From contig NW_019029004.1 of NCBI RefSeq assembly GCF_002105155.1, positions 186,001-250,000 of the forward strand: 64,000 nucleotides of DNA, written 5' to 3'. How positions within the stretch are numbered: the first letter of the stretch is position 1; the number at the start of each line of letters is the position of its first letter. Position numbers and translations under genes: made by a program. The stretch comes from Lobosporangium transversale. Its lineage: Eukaryota. A model generated the notes under the pieces. That model saw only the letters and a list, made by a program, of their open reading frames with translations, was not told where the DNA came from and did not search any database. This document shows, one piece after another, positions 12,980 to 26,774 of this stretch.

Positions 12980-13615
12980 AGATATAAGACCCATTTTTGT
13001 ACAGTAAACAAGAGAAACAAAAATACATCACCATAGATAATTATTGTAAGAATGGAACACCATCATCATTAAAAATTTAACAATTAGCAGCTTGTTAGTC
13101 ATGTTTAATTTTTGATGTAACAAACACCGATAGAGCGTAAAGACGCATAATACAATGACGATCCAATATCTCCAAGACCTTATCTGGTTTCAGTTTATTA
13201 ACCTATTAAGCGAGTCTATGGTAGATGGTATGCACGTATTTGATCGCTTGCTAGCGCACAACGACCTGTTGGATAGTGTCGACATTCCTGATGTTTCTCG
13301 AAGAATGCCTTTTGTGTGATACCACTTTACGGGGCCATACCCTAATACTGACAGAGCTTGTTTGTAGTATATGCATAATATGGGTGAAGGAGTACTTAAA
13401 GGTGCTTGAGATATTCCCTCAAATGGTCCATCCATGTAATTTTGGAGAGACAATTTTGCCCAAAAGCATTGCAAGGCGTTGTTATTAACTATTATAATGA
13501 CTTCTCTTTATTCAACAGCTTTTTGAGAGTATTGGTGACTGTGCAACAGCGGTCAAACGCCTTGGACACCCTCAACCAGCAGAAAGAACGACTTCTAATG
13601 TCTTTTATCCACTCT

Positions 13616-14032
13616 CTACAAGTCATCGTCGAACAAATCGGGAAAGTCTAAAAAACAATAGCTGATATAGTATCAGCACAGAATCGCAAAGTAAAAAATA
13701 AAAGTAACAATAAAAAACACAAAAGCATCTAAGTAGGCTACTTGCCATTGAAGAAATTCTTATCGACAATCTTGACATTCTGTGCGCGTGTATTTCCTAA
13801 GCGAGAAGCATCTTCAAAATATTCATCAGCCGTAGGCGAAGGGGCGACAAAGTCATCCTCGTCCAGCATCATGTCTTCTTCATAATCGTCAACTAAATTA
13901 GTTCAATAAAAATAGAAGAAAAAGAAAAAAAAGAAAAAAGTGTACAAGATTGAGATTTTTATTTGCACTCGTAAAAGCATCATGGTTGAGTCATCGATGT
14001 TGTAATGAATGCCTAGATCCCTTACTATCCAT
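13616..14032 (-). CDS. CSN9: COP9 signalosome subunit 9 / CSNAP (MYEOV2 family)-like acidic microprotein, 61 aa, 3 exons
   Basis: Exons 14032-14026 (ATGGATA), 13892-13746 and 13647-13616 total 186 nt. Intron 1 is GTAAGG...TAG and intron 2 is GCAAGT...TAG. The product is MDIDDYEEDMMLDEDDFVAPSPTADEYFEDASRLGNTRAQNVKIVDKNFFNDFPDLFDDDL, whose C-terminus matches the CSNAP signature (human ...DFFNDFEDLFDDDD). Confidence 0.85.
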
Positions 14033-14194
14033 GTTGAAACGGGTGTGTGTGAGAGTGTATGACTGAATGGGTAAAGAATAAAAGGCTTCATGGCCATTTG
14101 CATCGCCGATTATGCACCCGGTGACTGCGAAAGCAAACCAATGTATCCCACAGTGGAATCAAATCTTTTCTCTTCAATGATAAAGGGTGACACA
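14033..14194. promoter_or_regulatory. Short divergent (likely bidirectional) promoter between the CSN9-like gene and MetAP2
   Basis: The two start codons face away from each other and are only about 160 bp apart (14032 on minus; 14195, or alternatively 14177, on plus). Confidence 0.6.
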
Positions 14195-16366
<2,172 letters not shown>

Positions 16367-17912
16367 GAGTGATCTCATGTGATAGCGAAAAATATAAAAC
16401 CATAGTGGACTTTACTCAACTATACATCGTTTTATATAATACCTATGGTGGTTTAAACTCATATAGAATGTATATGGTGATAGTAGCAACACGGCAATAC
16501 AGCAAGTAGTATATTAATTATTATGGCTCCTCATTTCGGATTCAAATTTGGCTGTTCGAAGCTCCCTTTGCCTTGTTTGCTTTTCCATCATGACTTCGTG
16601 TGTTGGCGATGGATTTCCTCCTGCTCTTGATGCTACTGCATGGGCTTCAGATGAGCTTAACATTGACTCAGCCCTTCTGTACGTTATTGACAACGATGGT
16701 GATGAAGATGTAATATAAGCATGTTCAGTTGTAGGCTAATGATCTTCGTCGGTGTACCGATATACAATGAAGATATATTAAAATATGGCAGTATAAAAAT
16801 ATGGATGTTCAATGATTAAATACACAATGATGTGAAGATTTGTGCTACGTTTGGCATCGAAGCCCCTTATTCACTAATAATTAGATTAAGCTACCTACTT
16901 GCTCACTTCTCTCATAACCAAGATATGCACTCTTAGAAGTTTTATCTGAGCTTTTGATGTCAACACCTTGGCTCTAACTATTTGAGATAAGGATCAGACT
17001 TTGTAGTCTGTTGCCCACTCTGACAGCTTTAATGGTTGATCGAACTCCTCTTAACATCATCAATAAGCCTTTTCGCACCCTCGGAGACATAGCAGAGTTT
17101 GAGTTGGGCCCACAGTCTGCAAAACCCTCCTCCGACAATAGCATCCTTGCCTCCATTAAGCGCAGGCTGCATCTATTTAATGACGGCGGCCAGCAAGTGA
17201 AGAGCTACGCTGGAGGCCAAAGTCTTTTGAATGAAGTAGTCAAGGGCCTGCGAGGTTACGGCCCCAGAGCTAGCAAGCCATTGGTATTGAATGTGAGTTA
17301 ATCTTTTCTGCCAAGATATTGAGCAAGGCATCGCCTATCAGTACAGATTCGAAGATTAATGCCATGTTTAGGTGTATTGCGATCAATGATTAAAGTTTAG
17401 ATCATGCATTAAAAAGCAGAAGAACAAACAAGGATTTGCCATCCCTCCGAGGTATTGAGTTAGTTTATGAGGCCCACCACCCTTTATATCTAGTAACTTC
17501 AAGAGGCAGGACAGATCATAGGCACACTACACAATGGACCGAGAAACATCTTTGAGAGATTGACGGGACAGCCTTGGGATTCATTGAATAACAATTAAAA
17601 AAGAAAAAATACTACGTGGGTCTGAAAAGCAAGAATTAAATCAACAGTTTTCTTTTTTTATGGACTAATAACTGGCGATATTTGGTACACCGGGCATACT
17701 ACGAGCCCACCGCTTTTGACAACAACAGAGAATGTTTTTCACTTCAGCAACATTTTGGAAATACCACTATGCTTGGTTGGGTTCGGCAAGATAACTTGAT
17801 GTGATACGTCTCTTGGATAGTACAGACATCACTCTGAGCCAGACCATGGCGTAGTTGGAGAAAACAGACAGGAGAAGGGAATTCTCCTTGACATGCTGAC
17901 TTGAACTAACTG

Positions 17913-17944
<32 letters not shown>

Positions 17945-18993
17945 TCCGAGGAAGTGTGGGGGGTATTGAAATGTTACAGTACATGTACATATGTCTCTGA
18001 CATAATAAATCAAATGAATACATAATGCATATTCAAACATGGCGCATGACAAGTACGCGTTATACGCGTCTGTCTAACGTGCTTATTGGAATTGACTGCC
18101 GAGCCCCTTTTTTCTCTCCGATCGCCGAGGAAAACGTTAACTATTCATTCAATTCAAAAAATATGTTAAACCTTATTTCTCCTCTCATTCACACTGATTC
18201 ATATCTTCCATCATTCACTTACTTTTTTTTTTTGTCAGTATTTTTTGTCGAAAAAGAGGAAAAGGAAAATTTCGTTGTTTTTACTGTTATGCAGAAAAGC
18301 CAAATAATAATAATAATAATAATAATACAACGCTCTCAATTGTAGACTCGTACATGCACAAATATATTTTTTTCTACCAATAATTGAATAGTTCGTCATG
18401 GGAACATTCAATTGAATGCCCATAGACTACTTTTTTTTTTTTTTTTTTTTTTTCCTTTCTCCTTTCTCCTGTTCTCTCAACAACAAATGCATCGACTTTG
18501 AAAGATGGAGGAACTTAGAAAGCTCGTTTCAAGGGTTACTAGATCTTTAGCCAGCCAATCGAGTTTTCATTCAATCATCATTGGCTGGAATCTCTTTAAG
18601 CAACAGAGAGGTAGAAAGACAGACTGATAATAGAAGAGGCAGAGAGAACAAACGGGATTAGCTGGCGGTAAAATAGTCGCTGACGACTCTACCCCTTCTG
18701 CTTCTGCTTTGTACTGTGTAAAAATAATTAGCGTCAATGGCGTCGATCGTCTTAACCTTGTTCAACTCAATCGCGTCTAAAAAATCAACAACAACAAGAA
18801 GAACACGACGTAAATAAAGGGATGTCCTTAAAAAGAGGTTGTTCGACGACGCTCTTTGTTTCTCCTTCTTCTTTCCTTAACCTATTAACCTTCCGTAATA
18901 TTTATCACATCCACTTCTAAATCTACTTCTTAACTTTCAATACGCGTTGCGTACACCATTTTTTGATCCAACTTTCCGATTGATCAAGCAATC

Positions 18994-19245
18994 ATGGCTG
19001 CACGAAGAAGTCCGGCAAATGATCCCCGCGCTCAGCAGAACGCGGGTGATAATCAAGACGTTAACGCTGGTGAAGATGCTCAACCCAATAATGGTGGAGA
19101 CACTCAAGCCAATAATGTTGGAGGTGTTGGTGAGCAAGTGTTTGATGAAAAAAGTGATAGAGGTTCTCCCTTCGAATCACCGTTCTTGGACGGAGAAGTC
19201 ATCGACGTGTCCGGAACTCAGGACAATTATGCCGCTGATGGTTGA
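18994..19245 (+). CDS. Orphan small acidic Asn/Gly/Asp/Gln-rich protein (83 aa), intronless
   Basis: The ATG is in good context (caatcATGgct), downstream of an AT-rich box and a CT-rich leader at about 18810-18900. It has coding-like composition and ends in a double stop TGA TAG. No homology was recognised. Confidence 0.45.
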   Translation: MAARRSPANDPRAQQNAGDNQDVNAGEDAQPNNGGDTQANNVGGVGEQVFDEKSDRGSPFESPFLDGEVIDVSGTQDNYAADG

Positions 19246-19533
19246 TAGCAGACGAATGCAAGCGTTCCGTGGCGGCTGCAATCCGGCGCCATTTTATCTC
19301 TTTCCTTTATCTGTGTTCATGACCTTTTAACGTGACTTAAATGCATGGACTTGGGCTTTTAAATGTTTGAGCCTGAGCAGAAGACGCGATTTGTTTTGTA
19401 ATTGACACGGAATTTTGCTGATCCTTCTCTATTTCTTTTTCTTTTCCACTCTCTTTCGGAAGCCTTTTAATTTTTTTTACTACTTTGTTCTATCTCGCGA
19501 ATTGGGAAAAAAAAAAAAAAAAAAAAAAAGGGG

Positions 19534-19566
<33 letters not shown>

Positions 19567-21669
19567 CATTTTTAAGTAGCTGTTTACATGTTTGTTTGTT
19601 TGTTTGCTTAAATTTTTCTGTATATATTATATATTTCTTAATTAAATTCATTAAAATAAGAGTCTATACCCCATATTTATAATTATGACGATCATGTCCA
19701 CTGATACAAACACTGGTATACTAACCTTCCTATTTTCATGTATATACCTGTAAAAAAATATATACAGACGCACTCTTTGCCACCAGCTAGCCACTCTCTT
19801 GACATCTTCCTACATCTCTTGGGATATGCACTAGATTCATCCCTGATACTTACATCTATGTGATTATAAGAGTAAACACACAACTTTCCTTCTCTCCTCC
19901 TTTCAAGCCAACATCTTTTCTGCTTTTTTTTTTTTTTTTTTTTTTTTTTTTTCACACAGAGGCTAGAAATTACCTTGTCCTCTTCGTCCTTTGTCCCCTG
20001 GTTTTTTTTTTTTTTTTTTTTTTTCTCCTCTTTTATTGTTTAATCTATTCTGTCCTTCTCTGTCAGATGTCCTTGATTCCCTTCAAGTGGTTGGCATGAT
20101 CAAAATAATAAAAACTCTACTGATTATTTACATGCTAATAGGCAATATGAATAGAGATTATGAATAGAAATATAAAAAGATAACGATGTTTTCCGTCTTT
20201 GTTGTTGTAGCTTTGGGTTTTTCTTGATCTACTATCTTGTCTTGCCTCCTTCCATTCTACTTCTCTTGTTTGCATCAGTCGGGAAAGTAAAGCCAAATAT
20301 AGGAGATAATTCGTTGTTTGTTGTTTATGTGTTGAATGTATTGTAAAACCATCACACGCGTCTTTATCTTGCTTTTTCGTTACTTTAAGAACTGCATTTC
20401 TCATTCTGATAGTCTATCCGTTTTATATCACCTCTGTTATTGTAAAAATAAAAATAAAAAATAAAAAACACACAACGCAAGGGGGAAAGTCACGCAAAAA
20501 GTTTATAATGATTTATAGTTATCAACGTATTATTGAACTATTTAAACATTATATTTGTATGCAATAACGGGGCTGTTGTTGAAGTTGTTCAAAAGCAACA
20601 GTGGGTGGATTTCTTCTTTGGAATTAAAACATGTTTCTATCGAACCTGAACTTGTTGAACCTGTATCTATTGAATACCGAGCAAAAAAAAAAAAAAAAAA
20701 AAAAACTGTGTAGCGAAAAGATTTATTGTGTAACAGTTATTATGAAGAATAAAAAGCGTTTTGAAAAGAAAAAAAAAGAGGGAGCTTATTCTTATTTTTC
20801 GGCAACTGTTGCCTCAAGGGCCAAAACTAGTGAACATAGCCGCCCGGTTGTTTCCGCATCGTCGATATCGTCTTGAGAAGCCGAAATATTCAACTGCTGA
20901 ACGCATTGTCCTTCGCTATTCATGCTCAAGCCTAGATTTGACATAGCCAACGACAAAAGTCTTGAGGAGTTTTTCCATACCGTAACTGGAGAAAAAGGAA
21001 ACTCGCCACTTGCAGGAGATACAATGGGAGAGAGTGGTTTTTTTTTTTTTTTTTTTTTTTTTTGATCGGGTTGACACATCGTTATTAACTTTACCATTCC
21101 TTATGCATTTAAGAGTCCAAGATCATGTTTGTGTGCGAGGAGAAGAGACGAACTAGGGAGAATTATACCGCAAGGGTACACACAAACCCAACGCATTCTT
21201 TTATTGATGCTTTGTTTCCTCCAGCCCGTTTTCTTTCACATGCGGCCACCTACAACTATGGCAGACAAATATTTAAGCTTCAACTCATATCCATACTCAT
21301 ACCCATCAACATATTTAGTCCCAGACAGGCAATTGGTGGTGTTAGCAGCAACTACTTGGAGATATGGAGAAACTGCAAAACAAAGTTTAACAGGGAAGGT
21401 CAATTCGTGTGGTAGTTGCTCCTTCATCGACTCTAAACGTTTATCTCAATATCATAAAGTAGATCCAGGGATTAAAGACTTTCATTTGTTGTCTGATACT
21501 CAACTACACACATCATATGTTATTTCGCAAACAGTCAAAAGAGATCCTGGTTTTTTTACGCCGCCTTTTTTTTTTGTCCGTGTCATTTGAGAATATCTCT
21601 AGGAAGAGATTGTGGTCTCAGGATCAGAAGTCTCTGGAAACAAAAATGTCATCAAACTAGCAAACCAGG

Positions 21670-21702
<33 letters not shown>

Positions 21703-21794
21703 AGCATAGGACTCTAAATTGAGATTAATGGAGTGTTTCTCATTTTCTTTTTTATTATTACTGCCTGCTGTTGACATTGTTATGATCAACCATC

Positions 21795-24220
21795 TCATGG
21801 TCGTTCTGGATATATTTCAGGAACTATTTTAGAAAGCAACAGATCTAACGCAATATAGACCAAATGCTTATTACAAATCTTGCTCTGGAAGGGTTCTAAT
21901 GCCTCCTTTGCAGCAACCAGATGATGAACGCCATTATCTCCGAAAAATGTGTCACGTAGTAATGCTATGGTTTCATAGATTTCCAATAAAAAAAAAAAAA
22001 AAAAAAGAGAGAGACAGTGAGTATATTAGCATCCGTGCTCAAATAGTAGTCATATTAAATATTCTTGCGCATGCATGATAGATAAGTCTACCTGGCACAC
22101 TTCTCAAAATACGGCGCTCTGCCTCCTTACGCGCCTTCTCCACCTCATCTCCACCTCTCGGCCTTGGTGGGGAAGACGCTGGATCTGGCCACAAGGCATT
22201 CCGGCCTGCTTGGATATACATGACCAACCGAGGTTCCGCGAAAATCCAATAGACTCCGTGGGCAAGTAACCTGTTCAAAAATTAAAAAGAAGTTTAAACT
22301 CCAATCTTCTCAAGGTATTCAAAGATGGCGTCAGGACCTAAAAGAAGGAAAAAAAAAAAAAAAAAAAAACATACCGATCGATGATATTCCCACCAAATGT
22401 CCGGATTAGAGGCCAGCCCATGATTTCCCATTGTCTCCAGATTACAGGATTGCGCTCCTCTAGATAAAAGATCTCTTTTAGCAATTTTATGGTGCTCATC
22501 TCTAGGTTCGTTTGTTCCGGCGCCTCTAGTTCCGCATAGATCCAAACCACTGATTGAGAGATTTGGTTGACCTTACTAGGGACTGACAGCATAAAATTCA
22601 AAAACGCTGCCAGGAAAATCCCAAAGGGAATAAGGACATTATTGATCATATATTTGGTATATTTTGGAGGTGCCTCTGTAACAGCCCAGATAGCTGTCCT
22701 CCGTATCCGTGATGATGAAGTCATCGAACGAGTATTTCTGCCGCGTCTTTGTTGCGCTTGTATATACCGATTCCCTCCATTTCCCGTGGTCCTATCGAGA
22801 GTTCGACTAGTATCTCTGTCACGTAATAGAATTGGTTTGTTGGTCAACATTGGTATCTGAAGAGGTGGTTCTAGTGAAGGGACGTACTGAGACACTGAAA
22901 GTGGCTCAATAGGGCTTGCAGAGCGAAAACTCGAGTCCAAAAAGGGTGATGGTACTCTATTGATCTCTAAATTATTGGCAAGGCACTGAGGATGCAATCC
23001 ATCATTTCTCTCAGGCCTTAAAAATGATGTCTGTGAGCGTTTGCTCTCTTGCTGATATATTCCTAAAGCGGATGACTGAGCGTCTTGTAACATCGTAACC
23101 ATTTCATCTGTGGTCTGAATATTTGGTGTTGAGGACCGATGAGTCATGCCTCCAGGCGGCCCGCCCTTATAACGCCCCAAGCTTGCAAGGAATGCAGTAA
23201 AGTTGTCGTCCGACGTATCCATTTTGTCTGCAGCCTTTTTCAAGAATTCTTCATATTTTTCATCCGTAGGCTCAAAATCAACTAGAAGCTATATCAAGAT
23301 ATAGATATAGGTATATTTTTGTTCAGCATGAGTGGGCTGGATAATGTGAGAACAATACTTGAGACAACACAACAAATTGAAGCTAAGAGAAATGATCAAA
23401 ACTTTACAGTATTAACAATATAATTGACCATGTCTGGTTCAGTGAGGATCTCGACTAGGCTTCGAAGAACTAGGCAGCACAGAATTTCCCGTACGAGCCA
23501 TCGAACACAATCAGAGTCGTATTCGGATTTGGGTAGCAGTATCCGCAAGAGCTCATCCGCCAGTTGTCGAAGGTACTCCTTTTCAGATTCTTCGCCATTA
23601 TGCAATGCAAAATGAGGCTGTAGTCCATGAAAGATGGACTCAATTGTCTGGTTGGGAGCATAGGCTGTTTCCACTTTTTGAGTCGCCTGTCTATAATCAA
23701 CATAATGTCTCCGAAGCACATCTGGCACATCCTGTAGTAATAGCCCCACCCAATTGACCTATACGGTTTTACAATCAAAATGCACTTCCCGTTAGCTGGC
23801 ATAAAAACCTTTCATACACACAAAAGTTGATTTTTTTTAAAAAAATAAAAAAAATCCTGTTACCTCCCTACATCGCTGTTCCAATTTGCGTGCAATATCG
23901 ATTATGATATTTACAATAGACGTAATCAATTGTGGATCAGTTGATATGCTAGAATACCATGATTGAATAAAGTCTCTGACTAGTAAGGCCAGAAAATGAT
24001 ATGCTTCTGCATCGAGATCTGGAAGAGGTTGACTCAATAGTTGAGGTACAGGTTCTCGCAATTGAATGTGTCGTGGAAACAGAATGCGTAGGTAAGATGG
24101 TACTGGTGGGGAAGCTACAGAGCCTGGTGAATTGTTTGGACGGTATGCAAGTTTACTCTTTCGAGATGATGGCTGCTGCTGTTGTTGCATCCGTGTGTCC
24201 CTGTTCCTCTTGTCTGGCAT
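21795..24220 (-). CDS. PXA domain + Nexin_C (PXC) protein, Pxa1/Nvj3-like (5 exons)
   Basis: Phase-consistent exons 24220-23864, 23758-23408, 23288-22375, 22270-22092 and 21964-21795. PXA motifs are FLALLVRDFIQSWYSSISTDPQ, QPHFALH, EKEYLRQLADELLRILLP and LVREIL. Nexin_C motifs are LLKEIFYL, GGNIIDR, NALWPD and FQSKICNKHLVYIALDLLL. Confidence 0.85.
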
Positions 24221-26774
24221 GTTAACTGGTCATTGTTGGATGTTTTTGGAGATGTCATTGGTTGTTCTGCGTGCGCTCGTGTGAACATGTGCATCGAACA
24301 AACAGTCACCAATGCAGGGGAATGGAAAGCCCCCTCATTTGTGCTCATCGCGCTCGTGCTGAGTGCCTGGAATATCAAATGGAGCGTGTGATCAAATAAA
24401 TATGTTTGTTTTTTGTACATGTAGTTTCTAAAGGTTCGGTCAATGCAGATCAGTCGCGGTAAGATACACATGCATGTTTGCTGTGGGCACAGCACAGACA
24501 ACATGTACATGTACAGTACAGAAAATACGTCTAAGGATGGAATTGGTTCCTCCTGCTCCTGGGACAAGGAAGTTTATTCCATTTCATTGGGGCGGAGAAA
24601 AATTTGGTACGGCATCAGGATGCTGACATCATATTGTACAAATTTATACCGCTGAAATATTAGATCGAATGCAGATCCACCATTTGTACAAAATCCCACG
24701 ACGCCAACACAGATCAACTCCAGAGGACAACAGGATTAAGATGAATTGATAAAGGCATTAGTCATTCAATAATTACCACCTATCTCGATCGGATGGGATA
24801 TTAAGGCGTATATTCTCATTGTTACTCTCAGTAACAGTATACGAGAAAGCTTAACTCTCCCCAACGATGCACTCAGGTTTAACATGAAGGACGAAGTATG
24901 CACAGAAAATAAAGTATTCCTCCATAAGAACAGCCAGCAAGAGTTCAGCAGGAACAGAAGATAAAATTAGAACAACTGATTTTTTTTACTTTTTTTTATT
25001 TTATTGATGCACAATAAAGAAACGCGTTTTCAATATTGAGATCGCGCTCCGCAATATGAATAGCAGCACAAATGGCTCAAATGAGAGCAAGGGAAATACT
25101 ATTATAAAAGAAAAAGAGATAGACAAAAAGAAAAGAGTGGGCAGCGTTATCAAGGAATTACATTTGGAAAATATTTGTATGAAAGGTGAGGAATGTGAGG
25201 CTGAAAACCAAAGACTAGATACTCTGCTCTTGACAGGGAAGAGGCGGGCTATAAACACTACCCAGCCCATCCTTCATTGCCCCATGAGAATGACCATGTA
25301 AATATGATCGCGTAGTGGAATACAAAATTAACTCTTCCTTCTTCAACGGACAATGTTATGCATTGATCATCCCCCCTACATACACGCATATTATACACAG
25401 ACCAGAAAAAGGAGAAAAAAGTTAAAAGAACAAATAATAGGGATTACAAAGGTGAGCACCGTACCTTCAACATGCCTCGAACAAACCATATCCACCAATG
25501 ACCAGAAAAGCCCAGAGAAAGCATTCGATTGCAACCCAAAAAAATCCATCTTAAAAAATAGGGGGAGGGAAAAGATTGAAAACATGTTATGGCAGCAGGG
25601 TAACAAGCGACAGAGCAGGGAATAGACAAAGACAAGTTCAGGTCGATGGAGGAATAGACATGAGAATAGAGCGAATGGTCAGGACAGATGAGAGAGCGGA
25701 GCAGAGTCAGGGTCAAAGTTCGAACAGACCACGCGTGCTTGAGTAAATGTAATGTGCCTCAAAATGGAGGACCCCGGTCCAAGTGTGAAAGTCAATCAGT
25801 CGATTGACTCTAGACTTGTCTACCCTTTATTTTCTCAGGGACAAGAGTTGTTCCCTTTGTCTCTTCATCTTCATCTTCCTCTTTTCTTCTCTTTTCTTTA
25901 TCTCTTACTCTCCATTCTTCAATCAACCTTTGATTTCTTTTCTTTTCTTTTCTTTTCTTTTCCTTTCTTTTTTGCTGTCTGCAACATCCCCAATTATTTC
26001 ACTACATTTTTTTAATCTTTCTTTGTGTGTTTTCTCCTTATCGTTTCTCCCGCCCAGCTTGGCCTAAAAAGTCTTTCTTATCTATCATTGCAACTCGTTC
26101 ACCTGTCTGTAAAGCAACGCTGTCTAGTTCAATTCCATCGCTTCACAAATAATAACACGCGTGCGCTTTTCGTTCGCAGTGTTGAAATATAATTGCTGTG
26201 TATTTGTGCACTTTTATTGTTTGTAAGTTAAAGTTGCAAAACGAATGGACAAAAACAAAAAAAGAGTAATGAAAGTCGACATGCGACATGCATGTTGACT
26301 TTGGCCTGTCTGTCGATCTGGATGCATGAAGAAGAGAGACATCATGATGTATTTTTCTTTTGCTACTGATGCAGAATGGGTCTCATGCATCATGCTGATC
26401 ACGCATGCTCTCCCACGGGCCTTATTGGCTGGTCACTCTTTGCTTGTCTATTCTTTTGCGTGTGTTTCTGTGATATTCCCGCGTTCCTCTAACCCGTGGC
26501 ACTGACCCAAGGCCCTGCGTGGGTGAACTTGTCTGCACTTTTTTTATCTCTCTTTTTTTTTTCCCTCAAAAAAAGTATCTCTTTTTTTTATTTTGCATAA
26601 ACGAGCCTTCTCCAACGCGTCTCTTTCTGTCTCTTACCCTCTCTCACCAGTTTTTCCTTCCTTGTTGACCTACACCTCACAACCGGCAAACGATCTATTA
26701 CTCCAACTCTCTCACACACAACTACATTTTGACTTCTTTTTCGACAACAACTGTGCTTGCTTTTGCTATTCAAT

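Noticed and set aside
20631..21590. Overlapping 60-150 aa ORFs on both strands
   Set aside because: No consistent splice model or recognisable motif was found, and several run through homopolymers.
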